Source of the DNA: a virus | Direction: 5' to 3' (one strand) | DNA: 64,000 nucleotides | IMG/VR virus record: IMGVR_UViG_3300002461_000857 | Shown here: positions 1 to 9,299 of the stretch, piece by piece | How positions within the stretch are numbered: position 1 is the first letter of the stretch | Layout: the number at the start of each line of letters is the position of its first letter | The notes under the pieces: generated by a model | Databases searched by the model: none | Seen by the model: the letters and a program-made list of their open reading frames with translations, nothing else | What the model was told of the DNA's origin: nothing | Program-made: the position numbers and the translations under genes

Positions 1-14
1 GTATACTGGCCTCC

Positions 15-275
15 GTGGACGATCAGCAGCAGGGCTCTGGGAGTGACGAGGGCGAGACTGGCGCACCTGACCCGGGATCGATCGAGGAGAAGCGTCGGGC
101 AGTGTTCGAGAGCCTGCCCCCGGAGATCCAGAACGATCCCAAGGTACGAGCTCGGTTCGGACTCGGCGATCTGGTCGAGGCTGTAGCAGCCCCGTTCGCC
201 AAGGTCCTTGGCGTCCAGGGCTGCTCGTCGTGCCAACGACGCAAGGCGTGGCTCAACAAGCTCGGTCGTCGTTGA
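15..275 (+). CDS. Small phage protein with GLGD..C..C..R..LN motif (true start may differ)
   Basis: C-terminus GLGDLVEAVAAPFAKVLGVQGCSSCQRRKAWLNKL matches a short Cys-pair motif I recognise from phage hypothetical proteins. Confidence 0.6.
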   Translation: MDDQQQGSGSDEGETGAPDPGSIEEKRRAVFESLPPEIQNDPKVRARFGLGDLVEAVAAPFAKVLGVQGCSSCQRRKAWLNKLGRR

Positions 276-586
276 AACGCCTCCCTCATTTTTCGGTACG
301 ATGGGGTAGATGCCGTCCGACAATGAACCGCGCGACTCCTGGAAATACTGCGGCGTCGATCGCACGATCCACGCCTTCCCGGCCGCGCCGGTCCCCCGAG
401 TGTCCCGGTGTGGATCGGTTCAGGATCCAGGACGAAACTTCGCCATGGCGCGCCAGCGTGTACAAAATGCCTCGCTCTCACGAACAACGCTGGCCATGCG
501 CCACGGGGTCCGATGATCTTGGACCGAGCCTGACGTCGCTCCTCGATTTCGACGCACTGCGATCTGGTCTGGCATCGAGATTTTTC

Positions 587-652
587 CTTCCCCGTTCAGC
601 GAGGGCCTGCGGCACTCTCCAGGGGCATCACATCGGGCATGCCCTGCCCTAG
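587..652. repeat. Copy 1 of a duplicated structured non-coding element
   Basis: 610-652 matches 12646-12688 at 42/43 nt; 587-607 matches 12592-12612 at 18/21 nt. Confidence 0.9.
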
Positions 653-673
653 CTCGAACCGAAGATCGGTGCG

Positions 674-1030
674 CTACTCCTTCTTCTTGATCGTTGGCCC
701 GGACGAAGCTGCGGGGCCGCCCTGCATCTCCATCGCTCGCATCGCTTCGGCGAGCTCAGCGGACTGCTTGCGCTGCTCCTCGTTCTGAGGGGCCCGCTGG
801 ATCAGCATGCCTCGGAACGTGACAACGGACTGCATGAGGGGAAAGTCCGCTCCGGTGAATGTGATCGAGAAGTTCTTTCCGTCTCGACGGAGCTGGCTCG
901 TCACACCCTTTCGGAACGCATCCGAGCGGAGCTGTCGAACCACCCCGCTGAGGATTCCCCACTGCGCGTCATCCAGTTCGAAGTGGATCGTCTCGCTCTT
1001 CATTGTCTTCTTCCAGCCCGGGGCGTGCAC
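674..1030 (-). CDS. Hypothetical protein
   Basis: 118-aa ORF with protein-like composition, co-oriented with neighbours. Confidence 0.6.
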   Translation of the reverse strand: MHAPGWKKTMKSETIHFELDDAQWGILSGVVRQLRSDAFRKGVTSQLRRDGKNFSITFTGADFPLMQSVVTFRGMLIQRAPQNEEQRKQSAELAEAMRAMEMQGGPAASSGPTIKKKE

Positions 1031-1608
1031 CGCGGTGTTCGCGTCGTGAGGATGAGTTCTGGGTTTGGATCGATCTCGACCAGTTCAGTTCTCGGAATCC
1101 GAAAGACGTGCCTGATGCAGTAGATGTCGATCGGATCGTAGAACTTGATCAGTTTCAGCATCGTCTTTGCTGCTTCATGGAACGACAGACTACGCTTCTT
1201 ACCTTTGCGTACGCGACTATTGATGTCGTCGATGGTATCGACTGCAACGTTCCCTTCCTGGTCGATCGCCAGGATCATGTTCACGGCAATGTGACCTGAA
1301 GGCGCACTTCTATCGATCGGAAGACAGGATTTTTCTCGGCTCGTATCGAAGATCCGAACAAGTTCTCTCTTTTTGATTGGCAAAGGATCGGTGCCATCCT
1401 TCGGGATCTTCAAGGTCCGAGTGAGGTGATGCACCTCGACTCGACCACTCATGTCTTCGCCGATGTCGACGATGAGTCGGTCGACGTCCTCGCAACGATC
1501 GACGCTGTAGGCAGCCACTTGCCCTGTCTCGTCGACAGCGATGAGAACGTGGGCCGAGACCTCGGTCTTTGAACGAGTGAACCTGAACCTGGTCTTGGAT
1601 CTGCTCAT
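1000..1608 (-). CDS. Hypothetical protein with an internal two-domain duplication
   Basis: ATG at 1608 overlaps the upstream TGA (ATGA); HVLIAVDETGQVAAY and NMILAIDQEGNVAVD are repeated halves. Confidence 0.65.
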   Translation of the reverse strand: MSRSKTRFRFTRSKTEVSAHVLIAVDETGQVAAYSVDRCEDVDRLIVDIGEDMSGRVEVHHLTRTLKIPKDGTDPLPIKKRELVRIFDTSREKSCLPIDRSAPSGHIAVNMILAIDQEGNVAVDTIDDINSRVRKGKKRSLSFHEAAKTMLKLIKFYDPIDIYCIRHVFRIPRTELVEIDPNPELILTTRTPRCTPRAGRRQ

Positions 1609-2294
1609 GGCGTCTCCGAGGCTCCATCGGTCTGCGAGGGCTGCGCCTTGGTCTTCGATGGATCCAGACCTGGACAGATCGTGTCGTCGTCGCTCAGCCA
1701 CACATTCTCTCCGAGGCGAGGCGCATACCATGGAGCGTTCGTCGTCTCGAAGCACGATCGGCACCCTGAACTCCCCATGGCCTTGCTCTCGCCGGGGTGC
1801 GGATCGACGTGCTTTCCGCATCGGGAAGTGGAAAGGTCGTTGGACACGTCCATGATGAAGGCGTGGTAGCGACCGCAGTGATGCTTCCACGAGTCCCGAC
1901 GCTCTCGGATCCCTGCGACGATCACGTGCAGGTGATCGTCGTCGGACGGATCCCTCGTCGAACCCCACGCGACCGGCGTCTGGTACACGTCGGGCCCGAA
2001 ACCAACACAGGTCGTGTTGATCGGAGGAGACGCCTTGGCCTTCCGTGGTAGCGGCTCCGCCTTGGCGATCGAGTCCAAGCGCTCCATCGCGATGACGTGG
2101 ATCTGATCTGGACTTCCGACCCAGCGCGTGTACTCCGACCACATCATCCCGAGCCATGCATGGAGTGTCCACGAAGGATTGATGATGGCGTCGTGCCAAC
2201 GGCTGACTTCGTCGTCGATCGACGACTCGAACGATTCTGGATCGATCTCTCCGTTGACGATCCGATGCATGACGGGGACGTGGCTGAACTTCAT
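1605..2294 (-). CDS. Hypothetical protein
   Basis: 229-aa ORF with stop/start overlaps on both sides. Confidence 0.6.
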   Translation of the reverse strand: MKFSHVPVMHRIVNGEIDPESFESSIDDEVSRWHDAIINPSWTLHAWLGMMWSEYTRWVGSPDQIHVIAMERLDSIAKAEPLPRKAKASPPINTTCVGFGPDVYQTPVAWGSTRDPSDDDHLHVIVAGIRERRDSWKHHCGRYHAFIMDVSNDLSTSRCGKHVDPHPGESKAMGSSGCRSCFETTNAPWYAPRLGENVWLSDDDTICPGLDPSKTKAQPSQTDGASETP

Positions 2295-2587
2295 GACTGT
2301 GATCCTTTCTCGCCTCGACGAGACTTGATGTAGCGTATCGCGTCTTCTTCGCCATCGTCGCGGCCTATCGCTCTCGCGACATCGGTCAGTATGGGCTCTA
2401 GTTTGGACAACGCCTCGCTCAGCGATCGGGCTGAGGCACGGACGTCACGTACCGCTTGAGCCTCTTCCGAGAGGCCCTTCTCGTCCAGCCACTGCTCCGC
2501 TTCGTAGATTCCGCCATCGTCGCGCGACAGCACATCCAGGTCGTCGATGTGGATGAAGACTTTCCACCGTGAGGATGATGCGCTCAT
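2291..2587 (-). CDS. Hypothetical protein
   Basis: 98-aa helical ORF coupled to neighbours. Confidence 0.6.
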   Translation of the reverse strand: MSASSSRWKVFIHIDDLDVLSRDDGGIYEAEQWLDEKGLSEEAQAVRDVRASARSLSEALSKLEPILTDVARAIGRDDGEEDAIRYIKSRRGEKGSQS

Positions 2588-2601
2588 GGGTTCACCGATT
2601 C

Positions 2602-2796
2602 TCAGAGGTCTCGGATGCCCTCGTACTCTCGCATCAATGAGAGAGCTGTGTTCTTCTCTTCAGGCTTCGGGAGCCTGGACATGATGTGTCGGATCGAACG
2701 AAGGAGGAGAAGGCTCAGCCGGTCGTCGATCTGAGGAAGGGTCAAGTAGTGGTCGATCTCCTGCTTGATCCGTTCGGCCTCGGCGTCGAGTTTCAT
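2602..2796 (-). CDS. Hypothetical protein
   Basis: 64-aa ORF with ATGA overlap to the upstream gene. Confidence 0.6.
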   Translation of the reverse strand: MKLDAEAERIKQEIDHYLTLPQIDDRLSLLLLRSIRHIMSRLPKPEEKNTALSLMREYEGIRDL

Positions 2797-3320
2797 CTCT
2801 CACCTCGCTTCATCGCTTCAATGTGCGCGACGAAGTCCATCGCCTTCGTAGCTGCGCGTTGCGTACGGATCCTTTCACGCTCGACTTGCTGCATGAGGTC
2901 CGCCCAGAGTTCGCGGAGACTCTCGGCGGCCTTCACACGTAGCTCGCGTTTCGCCTTCAGGATCGGTCGCGTGTCCCAACTCTCAGACACGCAGTCGACT
3001 CCAGATTCGATGAACAGCCCCCACTCCCCCTCGTAGTTCGAGTACGAAAGGACTATGAGTTTATCGTGTCCATCCCCTATGCCTTCGACGTCAAGGCAAG
3101 CAGACGCGCGTAGCTTGATGCCCGTGGCACGAAGAGCCTTCTCCACTGCGATCAGGGCGGAGTTTAGAGATTCGTAGCCAGCGTTCAGATTTGCCAGAGC
3201 ACGCGACAGTTCGTCGTGATCCTCAGATTCCGTTGCGACCTCCGGATCTGTGATGTTGGCGTCTCGGGCATGCATCGTCAGGGGTAGTTCCTCGGTGAGC
3301 GTTGACTCTCCGTATTTCAC
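2793..3320 (-). CDS. Hypothetical coiled-coil protein
   Basis: 175-aa ORF with 4-nt overlaps on both sides. Confidence 0.65.
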   Translation of the reverse strand: MKYGESTLTEELPLTMHARDANITDPEVATESEDHDELSRALANLNAGYESLNSALIAVEKALRATGIKLRASACLDVEGIGDGHDKLIVLSYSNYEGEWGLFIESGVDCVSESWDTRPILKAKRELRVKAAESLRELWADLMQQVERERIRTQRAATKAMDFVAHIEAMKRGER

Positions 3321-3715
3321 ACCGGTGTCTCCAGGAGGTCGGCCGCGAGCTCGTACCCGGCGGCGAGTCGGAATCGATCAGTGTTCTCCAGATGGTCGAC
3401 GTAGGGCATCTTGCGGAGCTTTCCGGCCTCCGTACGCAGGTCTTTGATGCACTTCGAACGTTCGTCGCTCTTCACCTTCTCCTTGGCGATGCGCTCCTTC
3501 ACGTCGGCGAGCTTATCGCACTCATTCTCCTTCACGTCAGCTTTCGGTTCGGCTCCGAACTCCTTCGCGAGCAGAACGTCCACCTCCCGGCGAAGTTCGG
3601 CGAGTGATGAGGACGCGAACCTGGCGACGCTTGTTGCCAGACGGATCGATTCGAACGTCACGTCGACGCATGCGTGGAACAGATCGATGGACGCTGGCTT
3701 GATGTCTGCGATCAT
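3317..3715 (-). CDS. Hypothetical protein (MIADIKP...)
   Basis: AGGAG RBS; ATG at 3715 overlaps the tnpB stop codon (ATGA). Confidence 0.65.
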   Translation of the reverse strand: MIADIKPASIDLFHACVDVTFESIRLATSVARFASSSLAELRREVDVLLAKEFGAEPKADVKENECDKLADVKERIAKEKVKSDERSKCIKDLRTEAGKLRKMPYVDHLENTDRFRLAAGYELAADLLETPV

Positions 3716-5004
3716 GGAGATGCTCCTTGCTCTGCACTGTCTCGCCCGGACTGGAGTTGAAGCATCGCGGTATTGATCTGCCTCGTCGTCGTAATCTTGC
3801 ACGACTCACACCTGAACCGCGACGACGGATGCTCCTCGGGCTCGTTCACGTGACCGCACTTATGGCACTGAAGGTTGGTCGGGGCATGCGAATCAGTAAC
3901 GATGAGATTCGATCCGTACCACTTCGACTTGTACTCGAGCTGCAAGCGGAGCTGGCCCCATGCGGCGTCGTGGATCCTCCGTCGTGATTCCCGACGCATC
4001 TGCGATCGTGTCGATCTTCGGGGCGTAGAGTCTTCCGAGACGGTGGTCTTCCTCTTCACCAGGCTGGCGATGTTGAATCCTTCGACGACGACATGTGACG
4101 CCGTCGTGGCGAGACGCTTGCTGATCTTGTGGATCGCGTCAGTCCTCTGATCTGCGATCTCCGCGTGGAGCTTCGCGATCTTCATGCGCAGCTTCTCGCG
4201 GTTCTTGCCCTCGCCCTTGTTCTTCCCGTTCAGCTTCCTCTGGAAGAGACGCTGAAGGTGCTCGAGCTTCCGAAGCTTGGACTCGAGGTGGCGTCCGGGT
4301 TCCTCTTCGATGACCGAGCCATCACTTCCCACACACGTGAGTCGATGGTTCAGGCCCAGGTCGACGCCGATGATCGGCCCCTTAATCGGCTCGGGATCTG
4401 GACGCTCCCTTCGCACCATGATCGTGGCGTACCAATGATCTGCACGACGACAGATCGAGATCCTGAGGATCTTTCCGTCGAGGTAGCGGCCCTTGCCTGA
4501 CGCGAGTCTCTCTGCCCCCTTCGCGTCTGGAGTCGGACTCACGTACTCCGAGACGCGGACCATGCCGATCTTCCCCAGCTTGATCGATCGTGGCGTCGAC
4601 CGGAAGCTCTGGTCCTGGATCGTGAAGGCGTCCCTGGACTTCCCCTTCGCCTTGAACCGAGGATGACCAGCCTTGACGTCCGATCCTCCACGCTTCTCCT
4701 TCACGCGTCGGAAGAAGTGCTTGTACGCGTCGTCCATCGCCGTGATCGCGTAGCTCGCAACGTTGGCGATCAGCTCGCGAGACCACTCGGGCTTCTCCTG
4801 CGTCCAGTGCCGAGAGATGTCGAAGGCCGAGAGCCGAGGCTCCTTCTCTTCCTTCGGAAGATCCTTGTTCTTCTCCCACCACGCTATCCGCTTCGCGAGG
4901 GCCCAGTTGAAAATGAACCTCGCCATGCCGGCGTGCTTCCGGAACAAGACCTCTTGCTCCGGGTTGAGCTCGAGCCGATACCGGAACGCCTCGTGGACTT
5001 CCAT
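3712..5004 (-). CDS. tnpB: TnpB/Cas12f-like protein with substituted RuvC-III residue (probably nuclease-dead, TldR-like)
   Basis: N-terminal AFRYRLELNPEQ...ARFIFNWAL (OrfB HTH), RuvC-I IGVDLG, RuvC-II VVVEGF, Zn finger CHKC...CESC, RuvC-III region TRQINTA instead of DRDxNAA; alternative GTG start at 5022. Confidence 0.9.
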   Translation of the reverse strand: MEVHEAFRYRLELNPEQEVLFRKHAGMARFIFNWALAKRIAWWEKNKDLPKEEKEPRLSAFDISRHWTQEKPEWSRELIANVASYAITAMDDAYKHFFRRVKEKRGGSDVKAGHPRFKAKGKSRDAFTIQDQSFRSTPRSIKLGKIGMVRVSEYVSPTPDAKGAERLASGKGRYLDGKILRISICRRADHWYATIMVRRERPDPEPIKGPIIGVDLGLNHRLTCVGSDGSVIEEEPGRHLESKLRKLEHLQRLFQRKLNGKNKGEGKNREKLRMKIAKLHAEIADQRTDAIHKISKRLATTASHVVVEGFNIASLVKRKTTVSEDSTPRRSTRSQMRRESRRRIHDAAWGQLRLQLEYKSKWYGSNLIVTDSHAPTNLQCHKCGHVNEPEEHPSSRFRCESCKITTTRQINTAMLQLQSGRDSAEQGASP

Positions 5005-5035
5005 GGCCCCGGACCTTGTCACGGACCGTCGCTTG

Positions 5036-5064
5036 GCGCAAGGATTACTGTACGGGTAGGGAAA
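5036..5064. promoter_or_regulatory. Repeated operator-like motif upstream of tnpB
   Basis: GCGCAAGGATTACTGTACGGGTAGGGAAA is nearly identical to 18784-18813 and related to 9184-9211. Confidence 0.55.
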
Positions 5065-5415
5065 CTAGGACCTAGAGGCGGCGTCAACCGCCTTCTCAAC
5101 CGCGTCATGCATCGGATCTCCGCCCCACATCCACCACGCCTGGATCGCAGGCTCCTGCATCGCTGACTTGAGGCTGCTCCCAGATCGCTTGACGGCCTTC
5201 TGGTAGTAGCCGTGATGACGCCGGAACCAGGCTCGCAGGAGCACGGCGTCCTGCTGCTGGCCATCGACGAGCTCGTGGGCGCGACGGATCCCGGTGACCG
5301 TGCAACATCGCTTCGACGGTGTCGCGAGTCGCCTCGCCTCGATCCCCTTCGCCGCCAACGCGGACGCTTGACGAGGAACGTCGATCCAGACCTCTCCGAG
5401 TCGCGGCTTTGCCAT
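5065..5415 (-). CDS. Hypothetical protein
   Basis: 116-aa ORF with protein-like composition. Confidence 0.55.
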   Translation of the reverse strand: MAKPRLGEVWIDVPRQASALAAKGIEARRLATPSKRCCTVTGIRRAHELVDGQQQDAVLLRAWFRRHHGYYQKAVKRSGSSLKSAMQEPAIQAWWMWGGDPMHDAVEKAVDAASRS

Positions 5416-5706
5416 GGCTGCTCCAGTGTGCCAGATCGGCTACGATCCAGGTCATGTACGTCGGATCGTTCTACCCGGCCTCGAGCTACCCCCAGACCGG
5501 CCACTACAGGATCCATGGGCGGAGCGGGGTCCGGGTCTTCTCGGTCGATCCGGAGGGTCGATGCGCGACGATGAGCGAGGAGAACGCGAAGACGATTCGC
5601 GAGGCTTCGCTTCGGCGATCCTCACAGCGTCGAGTCTCAAGCGTTGCTCGATCGTCGCGTCACGAGCCGCACTGGTTGCTGGCTGCCTGCCGCTGGTGAT
5701 CCGTGT

Positions 5707-6204
5707 CTACGTGTCGAGCGACGTGATCCGGATCATCCTCGAGTCGTACTTGCCGTTGTCGTCGAGCGGACGGCATTGGAAGTAGATAGGCGCACACGTC
5801 CTGAAGTTTCCGATCGAAGAGGCCTTGTCCCGCAAGTACTGCGGACTGCACCACTGACTGAACCATTCCTCTTCCTCTCCTGCGGGCCACGGGTTCACCG
5901 GACCCGTCTTCTGCTGTCGAAGCAATGGTCCGTTGAACAGAGCGTCACGCTGCGCCTCGAAAGAGTCGTTCGCTTCCTTGATGGCTGCATCTCGACGCTC
6001 CTCGTATTGCTTGAGGAGGATGGAGAGTCGACGTCCGGTCGCCACGTCTGTGACGTGCACAGGCCTGAACATGTATCCGGGGTGGTATCCTTCCACAGAC
6101 ACAAATCCATAATCCGAAGATCCTGTGACCACCCCTGACAAGTACGTGGTCGTCGGCAGACCTGTGTACTTCCAGAAGGCGTAGCTTCCGACTTCGTATT
6201 TCAT
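5707..6204 (-). CDS. Hypothetical protein (MKYEVGSY...)
   Basis: GGAG RBS upstream of ATG 6204; coiled-coil middle and C-terminal Cys pair. Confidence 0.6.
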   Translation of the reverse strand: MKYEVGSYAFWKYTGLPTTTYLSGVVTGSSDYGFVSVEGYHPGYMFRPVHVTDVATGRRLSILLKQYEERRDAAIKEANDSFEAQRDALFNGPLLRQQKTGPVNPWPAGEEEEWFSQWCSPQYLRDKASSIGNFRTCAPIYFQCRPLDDNGKYDSRMIRITSLDT

Positions 6205-6215
6205 GATCGATCTCC

Positions 6216-7133
6216 TCAAGTGTCCCAGTGTGCCGTGGGATCGTTGTAGTTGGGGTAGTGCTTCTCGAGCCACGCGCAGCACACCTTACGTTGCTCCCCT
6301 TCGACGATCTGCCGAGCACGCACGTGTTCCGGGTCCCAGACGCTTCTGCTGCAGGGAAGGTCGACTGGCTCGGCGGAGAAGACCTCGACTCCAGCGTCCA
6401 GGACGCGCGTTCGGATCACGTAATCCTTGTCGTAGTCGCGCATCACGGAGAACCTGCGCACGAACCTCACCCATGCTTCAGAGGCGAAGACCGTGGTCTT
6501 GTAGAACATGGACAGGCGCTTGCGACCTCTCTCGTCGACGAAGTCCGAGTACATCGGATGATCGGTGGACTTCTGCTTCCAGCCCACCGGGAATCTCACC
6601 TGACGGAAGACGCCGTCCACCGCGGTCCCGAACTCGAACCCCATCGCCTTCCACACGCGAGCACACTCGATGTCCTCGGAGAGCTCCTCGATCTGGAAGG
6701 TCACGCGCCCGACATCCTCGGGCGGGAGCTCGGGATCCACGAGCCACGCCTTGAGGATCTTCAGGCGGTCCTCCGCTCCCTCGAGGACGACGGGCTCCAT
6801 GCGGCCCCTTCGCTCACGGTATCCGGGGCTCCCGTTGATCGGGAGCTGACCTCTCGCGCTGACGGAACTGCTCCCGATCTCGCACTGATCGTCGACGATC
6901 TTATCGATCGGAACCCCGTACATCGCCTCTCCCAGCATGATGGTCGCGACGAGAAACGGATCCTCGGACCTCGCCTGGGGGTGACCTGGAGTCGTGGTCC
7001 GTTTCCGAACCGACGGATCGCGCCTTCGCATCCACTCAGCCTCTTCGTCATCGTCCTCCAAATGTCCGGTGAGCACGTCGAAGGGTCGACCGGTGAACGG
7101 GTCGATCGCGAGGATCCGATTCTTTGATCTCAT
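6216..7133 (-). CDS. Hypothetical phage protein
   Basis: ~305-aa ORF with AGAGGA RBS; mixed alpha/beta composition. Confidence 0.6.
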   Translation of the reverse strand: MRSKNRILAIDPFTGRPFDVLTGHLEDDDEEAEWMRRRDPSVRKRTTTPGHPQARSEDPFLVATIMLGEAMYGVPIDKIVDDQCEIGSSSVSARGQLPINGSPGYRERRGRMEPVVLEGAEDRLKILKAWLVDPELPPEDVGRVTFQIEELSEDIECARVWKAMGFEFGTAVDGVFRQVRFPVGWKQKSTDHPMYSDFVDERGRKRLSMFYKTTVFASEAWVRFVRRFSVMRDYDKDYVIRTRVLDAGVEVFSAEPVDLPCSRSVWDPEHVRARQIVEGEQRKVCCAWLEKHYPNYNDPTAHWDT

Positions 7134-7167
7134 GACACTCAATCCTCTCGTCAGTGTGGGGTAGGCG

Positions 7168-7347
7168 CTAGAGTCGCTCGCCGTCGTTGATCGCGGCGAT
7201 GTCCAGGTAGAGATCGCCGATCCGAAGCTCGAGCTTTCGCCGACGCTCGTCGGTCTCAGGAAGGGCTTCCATGCGGGCGGTCAGCTTGATGATCTCGTCG
7301 GAGATCTGTGCCTCGGATCTCCGAGGCATGGGTTGCTTTCGTGGCAT
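7168..7347 (-). CDS. Small helical hypothetical protein
   Basis: MPRKQPMPRRSEAQIS...LYLDIAAIND amphipathic helices. Confidence 0.45.
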   Translation of the reverse strand: MPRKQPMPRRSEAQISDEIIKLTARMEALPETDERRRKLELRIGDLYLDIAAINDGERL

Positions 7348-7358
7348 GGATCCACCGA

Positions 7359-7811
7359 TCAGAGGTCGACGACCAAGTCCTGGAGGTTGACCGGAGTCTC
7401 GATCGGGACGTCGACCTTTCGACGAAGATCGACGATGATCTCCAGGCCGGACGAGGCGATCCAGTTCTCGAACATCGAGTCCCACATCGGATCGAAGGAC
7501 CCCGCCTTGGTTCTCCGGCACACGGTTCCGCTGGGGGTGACCGAGGTCTCGAACGGATCCACGGGACGTGCCGGGCCCCGCCCGCGGACGATGACGACCT
7601 CACGATCGGTCTTCACCGTCTCCTTGAAGGTGCGCTTGCGTGGCTCGAGCATGGAGACGTGGATCGCGTCGTTGTACTGCGCCCACTTGCCCTCGCGAAC
7701 CTTGGCGGTCCGGCAGTAGGTCCCGATCCACCCGAACGATCCGGAGAGGTAGACGGTGACGTCGGTGTAGAGGGTGGGCTCAGCGTCGTGGATCGGGACA
7801 GCGGTGGTCAT
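7359..7811 (-). CDS. Hypothetical protein
   Basis: 150-aa ORF with AAGGA RBS. Confidence 0.65.
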   Translation of the reverse strand: MTTAVPIHDAEPTLYTDVTVYLSGSFGWIGTYCRTAKVREGKWAQYNDAIHVSMLEPRKRTFKETVKTDREVVIVRGRGPARPVDPFETSVTPSGTVCRRTKAGSFDPMWDSMFENWIASSGLEIIVDLRRKVDVPIETPVNLQDLVVDL

Positions 7812-7829
7812 GGTGCTTTCCTTGAAGTC

Positions 7830-9089
7830 TCAGACAGCCTCGGCCTTCGCCTTGGCCTTGCGGGTCTTGCGGGGCGCGACCCAGTGGAGCGGGACGCTGC
7901 AGCGGGTCACGATGGTCTGACGGTAGCCATTGTAGGTGTCCAGTTTCTTGACGGTGGCCGCGATCTGGACCCGCTCACCCTCGACCAAGTCGTCGGTATT
8001 CCCTGACGCCCACCACACGATCTGTGCACCGGTCGCGACCTCGGTCATGACGACCTGGGTGGTCACGCCGAAATCCCCGTCGAAGTAGCGCTTGCGCACG
8101 ACCTCGACGTAGGTCGCGATCTTCTGACCGGCCGCGCCAACGACGGCGTCGGGGTTGACGACGATCCGCCGCGCGCGCTCCAGCAGCTCGCCGCGATGGC
8201 GCTGCCAGGCCGCGACCATCGAGCAGGCCAGACCGACGTGCTTGAAGGAGCACCAGCCAGCATTCGCGATCACGGCGAGGTTGTCGATGTAGTCCGAACC
8301 GGACTGCTCCTTCGCCCAGTGCATCGTTCGCTTCGCGACCGCGAAGTCACGACGCTCCATGGTGGCCTCGGGGAAGTGCTTCCGGCGGTCCTCCTGCTCC
8401 ATGTCGATCCAGAAGTTGGCACTTTCCGAAGTGCTAGGCCTGTCCTCCGACTCCGCTCGCTTGCGCGAGCACCAGCCGTAGGTGCGGATCATCATCGCGG
8501 TCACGGACAGCAGCTTGCCGAGGTCGTGGCCGCGGAAACGGCCCCCGCCTCCGCCCTCTGCGTCCGGATCGTCCGACTGCATCAGATCCACGGCGACGAA
8601 GCCGAGTTCGACGACGGACTGCGCGTTGCGACCCAGGCCGGTGAAGTCGGGAAGGCAGGTCGACCCGACCACCTTGCGCGCGCCGGTGCTGACGTTCTGG
8701 ACGAGATAGGAGACCGATCGGCGCCGCTCGGTGCGGCAGTGGTCGCAGCGAGTCGAGCGGATCTCTCGATCCACTTCGAGGCTCTCGCACCCCGGCGACT
8801 TGCTGACGATCACGCCACTCTCGCCCATGAAGTCGTACTTCGCGACGAGGGTCCATCCCGCGACGCACACCGGGGCGCCGGTCAGGACGACGTCGACCAT
8901 GACCCCGACCAGGACCTTGGTCCCGTCGCGCTTCTCCTTGTACACGGGACTCTCCGCGCCGAAGGTGAGGACGTAGGGCGCAACGCCGAGGCGGGCCGCG
9001 CGACGATTGAGGCGCTCGATGTCAGCGGCGAGCTTCTCGCGCCGCCAGATCCAGATCTTCGCTGTCCCGACCATCTTGGAGTCGCCCAT
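7830..9089 (-). CDS. Conserved phage protein with Zn-binding CDHC...C motif and probable C-terminal OB fold
   Basis: LNRRAARLG, GWTLVAK, CDHCRTERRR, VGSTCLPDFTG, and a C-terminal beta-rich segment ending TIVTRC. Confidence 0.7.
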   Translation of the reverse strand: MGDSKMVGTAKIWIWRREKLAADIERLNRRAARLGVAPYVLTFGAESPVYKEKRDGTKVLVGVMVDVVLTGAPVCVAGWTLVAKYDFMGESGVIVSKSPGCESLEVDREIRSTRCDHCRTERRRSVSYLVQNVSTGARKVVGSTCLPDFTGLGRNAQSVVELGFVAVDLMQSDDPDAEGGGGGRFRGHDLGKLLSVTAMMIRTYGWCSRKRAESEDRPSTSESANFWIDMEQEDRRKHFPEATMERRDFAVAKRTMHWAKEQSGSDYIDNLAVIANAGWCSFKHVGLACSMVAAWQRHRGELLERARRIVVNPDAVVGAAGQKIATYVEVVRKRYFDGDFGVTTQVVMTEVATGAQIVWWASGNTDDLVEGERVQIAATVKKLDTYNGYRQTIVTRCSVPLHWVAPRKTRKAKAKAEAV

Positions 9090-9098
9090 CGTTCCCTC

Positions 9099-9299
9099 GT
9101 CTCACCCGTTCGACGCGGGGGGACGCCCCGTTCTTCCACTCCCCATGCGCTGCACCGCCCGAGGAGCTCTTTGCCTTGCCGGAACCCTACCGGAAGGGTA
9201 ACTTTTCTTGCCCCCTCCTGGCAATCTCGAGCTCCCCTTGCGCCCGTGCGCATGGGGAGTGGAAGTTGGGGTGGTCCGGGGGCGTCGAACGGGTGAGAC
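9099..9299. repeat. ~70-bp imperfect inverted repeat flanking a divergent promoter region
   Basis: Arms 9099-9169 and 9229-9299 share two perfect 18-nt blocks (GTCTCACCCGTTCGACGC; CTTCCACTCCCCATGCGC). Confidence 0.9.
9176..9204 (+). promoter_or_regulatory. Sigma70-like promoter
   Basis: TTGCCG-N17-TAACTT upstream of the gene at 9300. Confidence 0.5.

Noticed and set aside
3712-5064. Active IS200/IS605 or IS607 element
   Set aside because: No tnpA, no evident subterminal hairpin ends, translational coupling to the downstream gene, and an altered RuvC-III.
5319-5699. Plus-strand ORF inside a minus-strand operon gap
   Set aside because: Partly protein-like but has no clear RBS or motif; insufficient support to call.
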